Virus record (IMG/VR): IMGVR_UViG_3300049893_001396
Coordinates: 1 to 61,374 of that record
Reading direction: 5' to 3' (one strand)
From: a virus
Lineage: Duplodnaviria > Caudoviricetes
Length of the DNA: 61,374 nt
Below the pieces are notes generated by a model. That model made no database searches. It worked only from the letters and a program-made list of their open reading frames with translations, and was not told where the DNA came from. Each line of letters starts with the position of its first letter. Position 1 is the stretch's first letter. Both the position numbers and the translations under genes were made by a program. Shown here piece after piece: positions 56,982 through 61,374 of this stretch.

Positions 56982-57230
56982 ATGACAAATGCTTTGGGAC
57001 TGGCAGTAGTCGTAATGTTCGCTAAGGGCCAATTCGCCATTGCGGACAACACGCTTTCTATGTACCGTGCTGATAAATCAGCGGCACGGTATCATTATCA
57101 GTTACACACTGAGCTCGGCTGGCCACTCAGCCACTGCCCGGCTCGGGAGATTTTTGAGCTTCAGGAAAAACCGGCATTTATGCTCAATGATGCCGGACTT
57201 TTAGAATGGATAAAGGGAGGAAGTTTATAA
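56982..57230 (+). CDS. Hypothetical protein
   Basis: AAGGGG RBS. Confidence 0.55.
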   Translation: MTNALGLAVVVMFAKGQFAIADNTLSMYRADKSAARYHYQLHTELGWPLSHCPAREIFELQEKPAFMLNDAGLLEWIKGGSL

Positions 57231-57781
57231 TGAAAGAGCTTGAAATTTTAACAGCACTAGGTATAACCCGTGAGGATGTTCTTGATAAAGCTATAAATTA
57301 CTTAGTTGAATTGCCATCTGATTATAGAAGAGTGTCTGAAGAAGACTGGATTTCATCACCACTCTACAAGTCTTTGGATATCCGAATTGATAATGAAGTC
57401 AATTCGATGTTGAAAAAAATGAGTGTATCAATAAATGAAAGACTTGAAAAAATGATGCAAGAAAAAATAGACGAAACTTTCAATTTACCATTTCAAAGAA
57501 CTGATTGTTGGGGTGATCCAATAGGAAAAAAAACATCTATACGGGAAATAATTAAAGAAAGAGCCGATTCATATTTAAGTGAAAAGGTTGATAATGATGG
57601 CAAAAATTCTGACTATGGAAAATTTACAAGAGCAGAATTACTAGCTAGAAACATTATTGAAAATGAATTTAATGCACAAATTAAATGTGAAATAGAAAAT
57701 ATTGCACTACAACTAAAAAACAGAATTCCAAAAACTATTTCTGAAGAAATTTCTAAAGTTGTTCTTAATTATATCAAATAA
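57230..57781 (+). CDS. Hypothetical AT-rich helical protein
   Basis: GGAGG RBS; coupled. Confidence 0.7.
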   Translation: MKELEILTALGITREDVLDKAINYLVELPSDYRRVSEEDWISSPLYKSLDIRIDNEVNSMLKKMSVSINERLEKMMQEKIDETFNLPFQRTDCWGDPIGKKTSIREIIKERADSYLSEKVDNDGKNSDYGKFTRAELLARNIIENEFNAQIKCEIENIALQLKNRIPKTISEEISKVVLNYIK

Positions 57782-57793
57782 GGATGGGATGTT

Positions 57794-58534
57794 ATGACAG
57801 ATTTAATGATTCAAGGGCAAGATTTCACGGCACAGGAAATTGTTGCCGTGATGGAAAAAATGAGTGAGGTTGTGGAAAAGGCGCGGATTATCGCGCTGAA
57901 AGGCACTACCCCAGCGGATTGGACAGATCAGGGCGGTAAGCCCTATTTGACAATTTCGGGAAGTAACAAGGTGAAAAATATCTTCAAGGTAAGTGTCAGT
58001 GATTCAGGCTGGAACAAAACTGACCTTGAGGATGAAACCGGAAAGTATTATGTCGTTTCATTCCACGCGACTTTCACGTGGTCGCTTGGTTCTACGACAA
58101 TGACTGGGACTTGCTCAAGTCGTGACAAGTTCTTTGGAAAAGACAAAGAAATGTCCCAAGTGGACTTTACCAACGTCCTAAAAAAAGCAGAAACAAATTG
58201 CTATGGGCGTGGGATTAAGGCCCTTCTCGGGATTGGCAACATTGAGTGGGATGAACTCGAAAAGATTACTGGGTGGGGACGCGGGCAGGCCACAAAGGTG
58301 GAGTACCGTGATAAGACAGTGGTGTCCGACAAAATGAAGGAAATGCAGGGTGAGCTTAGCGGTCTTGTACTTGCGAAGGCTGGCAATGACGTCGAAGCGG
58401 CAAAGGGATTGCTTGAGCTTATGACTGAGTTCATTGGCAAGGACGGGAACAAGGTAAATGGTAAGCGCGAAATCGACAAACTGACCGAAAAACAGCTTGA
58501 AATGTGTCTGCGTAAACTAAAGGAAGGGAAATAA
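57794..58534 (+). CDS. Probable single-strand annealing recombinase (Rad52/Sak-like fold)
   Basis: KPYLTISG...GTCSSRDKFF...NVLKKAETN..GRGIKALLG; paired with an exonuclease. Confidence 0.6.
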   Translation: MTDLMIQGQDFTAQEIVAVMEKMSEVVEKARIIALKGTTPADWTDQGGKPYLTISGSNKVKNIFKVSVSDSGWNKTDLEDETGKYYVVSFHATFTWSLGSTTMTGTCSSRDKFFGKDKEMSQVDFTNVLKKAETNCYGRGIKALLGIGNIEWDELEKITGWGRGQATKVEYRDKTVVSDKMKEMQGELSGLVLAKAGNDVEAAKGLLELMTEFIGKDGNKVNGKREIDKLTEKQLEMCLRKLKEGK

Positions 58535-58535
58535 T

Positions 58536-59453
58536 ATGGAATTTCCTGATATCGTAGCTGGTATTGACCAGCTGAAGCGGTCCAAAATAAAAAAAGTACC
58601 TGCCATGGCCAATCGTGCATCCTATTTGGGTGACGATTGTGAGCGCAAGCTGTACTATCTCCGGGCAGAATGGGATAAGGCGGAAGAAACACCGCTTGAA
58701 CTGCAATACATATTTGAGGAAGGTCACCAGCAGGAAAAGGTCATAATTGCTGATATGATTGAGGCTGGATTTAAAATCATTCGGCAGCAGGAGCCGTTCA
58801 CCTGGGCAGATCACCAGATTACAGGCTCAATTGACGGCATGATCGTGATGCCTGATCAGTCGCTTGTCCCTTTCGATGCCAAGTCTATGTCACCGCACGT
58901 ATGGGACAAAGTTTCGGATGTGGAAAGTCTGAAGCGTTTCACGTGGACGAAAAAATACGTGGCGCAGATAATTCTGTACATGCTTATGTCGAATCAAGAG
59001 CGTGGAGTGCTCGTTTTCAAAAACAAATCAAATGGTCGGTTTAAACAGCTGAATTTCTTGCTGTCTGACTTCCTTGACCTGGCCGAGGAGCAACTACAAA
59101 AGGCTGACCGTGTGAATGTGGCTGTGGCCACCAAAACACCACCTGACAGGCTGGAAGAACCAGACCATTGCCGTATGTGCCAATTCCGGCTACATTGCCT
59201 ACCAGATCAAAATTTTGACCATCTGGAATTTATCGACAATGAAGAGCTGGTGGCGCTTTTGGAGAAAAAAGAACAGCTTAAGCCATACCGGGATCAATAC
59301 GACGATATTGATGATCAGATCAAAGAACAGATAAAGGGCCGTGAATTTGTCTGTGGCAATTATCATATTTCTGGAAAGTGGATAGAAAAAAAAGAATCGG
59401 TAGTTAGGGCTTCTAAGTATTGGAAGTCAGCAATTAAAAAGATCGGAGAATAA
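58536..59453 (+). CDS. Cas4-like PD-(D/E)XK exonuclease
   Basis: RASYLG..CERKLYY, GSIDG, FDAKS, QIILYM, CRMCQFRLHC. Confidence 0.85.
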   Translation: MEFPDIVAGIDQLKRSKIKKVPAMANRASYLGDDCERKLYYLRAEWDKAEETPLELQYIFEEGHQQEKVIIADMIEAGFKIIRQQEPFTWADHQITGSIDGMIVMPDQSLVPFDAKSMSPHVWDKVSDVESLKRFTWTKKYVAQIILYMLMSNQERGVLVFKNKSNGRFKQLNFLLSDFLDLAEEQLQKADRVNVAVATKTPPDRLEEPDHCRMCQFRLHCLPDQNFDHLEFIDNEELVALLEKKEQLKPYRDQYDDIDDQIKEQIKGREFVCGNYHISGKWIEKKESVVRASKYWKSAIKKIGE

Positions 59454-59455
59454 AC

Positions 59456-60052
59456 ATGATAATGAACGATAAAGCACAGGAAGCATTTCAGAGATACGTT
59501 GAGACAGAAAAAAACATTTCATTGATGCAAAATACTGAAAAGACCTCCGAAATGATGAGAGAATTGATCGACTGGATAAATTATCATAACCGTGCGGAAA
59601 TGATCGACGTAACGCAGGTGAAGATTAATTTCGGTCAGCTTTTATCAGGGTTCCCAACTGAGGCGATTGCAGAGGCGCTAATGTCCCGCATGCCGGAGAA
59701 ACAGGATCAGGACCAGGATCAAGTTTCTGAACTGGAATGGTCAGAAGTGACTGATGAACCTGTTGCGCTTTGCAAGTGCCGACACATGCCAGTGATTCAT
59801 TGTGAAGTGGATGATTTCAATCATCCAGAGGATTCAAAAATATTTTACGCAGAATGTAAAACCTGTGGTATTCTGGTAAATGGGAATAGCGAGACTGACG
59901 CGGCCCAAAAATGGAATTTAAAACTGAAGGGAGAAATGAAAGATGATCAAACAAGTGGGTACGGGGATTTACAAGGCGTTTGCGGGAAAATCGAATCCGA
60001 AGCCAGTTTTACAGAATCCGGGGATCAAGGTGACGGTACAGCAAAAGGTTGA
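59456..60052 (+). CDS. Protein with Lar-like (restriction alleviation) Zn domain
   Basis: CKC...ECKTCG...AAQKWN. Confidence 0.55.
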   Translation: MIMNDKAQEAFQRYVETEKNISLMQNTEKTSEMMRELIDWINYHNRAEMIDVTQVKINFGQLLSGFPTEAIAEALMSRMPEKQDQDQDQVSELEWSEVTDEPVALCKCRHMPVIHCEVDDFNHPEDSKIFYAECKTCGILVNGNSETDAAQKWNLKLKGEMKDDQTSGYGDLQGVCGKIESEASFTESGDQGDGTAKG

Positions 60053-60126
60053 CCCTGGAATTCTCAATCACTTGAGAAGTAAGGTACTATAGCACAGAAG
60101 CGCCCGGAAACGGGCGCTATTACTTT

Positions 60127-60408
60127 ATGGGGGTCAGTATGGGAGAAAAAGAAGATATCGAAAAAATCATTTCATGCGTGCGGAAGATTATGGGAATGAA
60201 TGAAGATATCAGCAAAGGGGTTAAAATTTCGATTTCAGGCAATCCACCAGAAAAGCGCAACCCGAATGTTCGGTGGGCCGGGAAAGTTGATTGGGTGATG
60301 AATTATGACCGACTAGTGACAACGGTGTGCGGTGTGACGCGGCCAAGGTGCGTGATGCCGGCCACAAGTGATGAGCGCAATTGTCCGTATTGCTTCAAAG
60401 CGTATTAG
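60127..60408 (+). CDS. Hypothetical Cys-containing protein
   Basis: ORF with C-terminal CPYC. Confidence 0.45.
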   Translation: MGVSMGEKEDIEKIISCVRKIMGMNEDISKGVKISISGNPPEKRNPNVRWAGKVDWVMNYDRLVTTVCGVTRPRCVMPATSDERNCPYCFKAY

Positions 60409-60422
60409 TGGTATACTGAATA

Positions 60423-60623
60423 TTGTTATAACCGGGGCGGCAGTCAGATTGCCCCGTGGTCACTGAAAAGACTGCCATCAGTGATAACGACCCGGAACAC
60501 CTCTCGCAGAAGTGCACCAGTCCGGGTATTAATGCCGGGCCTATGCACTCCGCACTTGGCCCGGCTCCAATCTCCAATTACCCGCCACGCCTCTGATTCA
60601 AGCGCATTTTGGGCGGGTTTTTT
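60423..60623 (+). ncRNA. Stand-alone sRNA with two kissing-loop pairs and an intrinsic terminator
   Basis: Promoter TTGCTT-16-TATACT (60390-60417), four hairpins with complementary loops, terminator ACCCGCC/GGCGGGT-TTTTT. Confidence 0.65.
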
Positions 60624-60630
60624 ATTTTAT

Positions 60631-60999
60631 TTATACTTTAGATTTACCTTCTACGCCACGCTTTTCACGATCAATTTTTCGCTTCATCAACCACAATAAT
60701 GCTTCATCAAGTTTTGTTATTACTACTGCGTTTTCACGTGAAGGAAATTCAGCATTAAATTTCTCAATTATTATTTTTGCAGTCTCTATCAGTGTATCGA
60801 CCTGACATCCATTAATACCGACTTCTTTGATCGGGCCGTTTTGCAATTTAAAACTAATACAATTCATTTTTTCATTAATATTTATCGGAAGTTCATCTCT
60901 CATTTTGTCAAAATCATCCCTCGACATATCTGTTGGTTTATCTCGAACAACTTTATAACCACCAATTTCTTCAATGCCTTCTAATGTTCTTAATGCCAT
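60631..60999 (-). CDS. tad1: Tad1-family anti-defence nucleotide sponge
   Basis: LQNGPIKEVGINGC...FPSRENAVVITKLDEALLWLMKR...REKRGVEG matches the recalled Tad1 C-terminal core. Confidence 0.75.
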   Translation of the reverse strand: MALRTLEGIEEIGGYKVVRDKPTDMSRDDFDKMRDELPININEKMNCISFKLQNGPIKEVGINGCQVDTLIETAKIIIEKFNAEFPSRENAVVITKLDEALLWLMKRKIDREKRGVEGKSKV

Positions 61000-61374
61000 T
61001 ATATATTCCTTTTTTTATTTTTATTGTCTGCCAGCCTTGTTATGCCAGGGATCGATCACACTGGACAGACTGACAGGGCTTACACTCAAATCATACCATA
61101 TCGTCCACATGGACGAAATGGTTTTATTATGAAAGTTCTAATAATTTTAATAAAAAATATAGCGTAACTACAGCAAAAATTATCTTAAATTCTAATAAAT
61201 CCTAATAATTCTTATTTTACTTTTGAGCCTAAAAGTAAAATAAGAAAATCCATATTTTACTTTCAACACGATAAATTCCTTATTTGACTGGATCAATCTT
61301 TTTGTGATGGGCAAAAGTGTTTGACACTTATATATTGTAAGAATATACTAATATATATCTAAACTATATATAAA

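Noticed and set aside
61096-61122. GTCC-ACAT-GGAC-GAAA resembling hammerhead stem II
   Set aside because: No adjacent CTGANGA; explained as a simple hairpin upstream of tad1

Overview
The window is phage DNA and looks like two phages joined together. Bases 1-51,397 form an apparently complete, circularly closing ~51.4-kb siphovirus-type genome (phage A). Its leftward early/replication arm encodes a ThyX-like protein, a MazG-like protein, a DnaG-primase/MCM-helicase fusion, an SNF2 helicase, VRR-NUC, family-A DNA polymerase, a Cas4-like exonuclease and SSBs. A ~2.7-kb mostly non-coding control region follows, then a rightward late arm (terminase, portal, ClpP protease, capsid, tail, tape measure, fibres). 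Bases 1-127 recur exactly at 51,398-51,524, after which the sequence continues into a diverged relative (phage B, to 61,374). Phage B shares the accessory island but has different recombination and anti-defence genes (HNH-AP2, SSAP plus exonuclease, Lar-like, Tad1-like). I recognised no integrase, ParAB, endolysin, CRISPR array or reverse transcriptase. Main observations: (1) a Q-rich protein / Gly-rich-TM coiled-coil CCC protein / ferritin-fold cassette with structured RNA elements, in the slot where a lysis cassette normally sits; (2) four host-type parS palindromes in phages without ParB; (3) a ~0.9-kb densely structured non-coding leader under consensus promoters; (4) a ~200-nt stand-alone sRNA with two loop-loop kissing pairs beside the Tad1-like gene; (5) accessory gene cassettes joined by conserved junction sequences. 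All family calls come from recalled motifs and by-eye folding; no searches were run.
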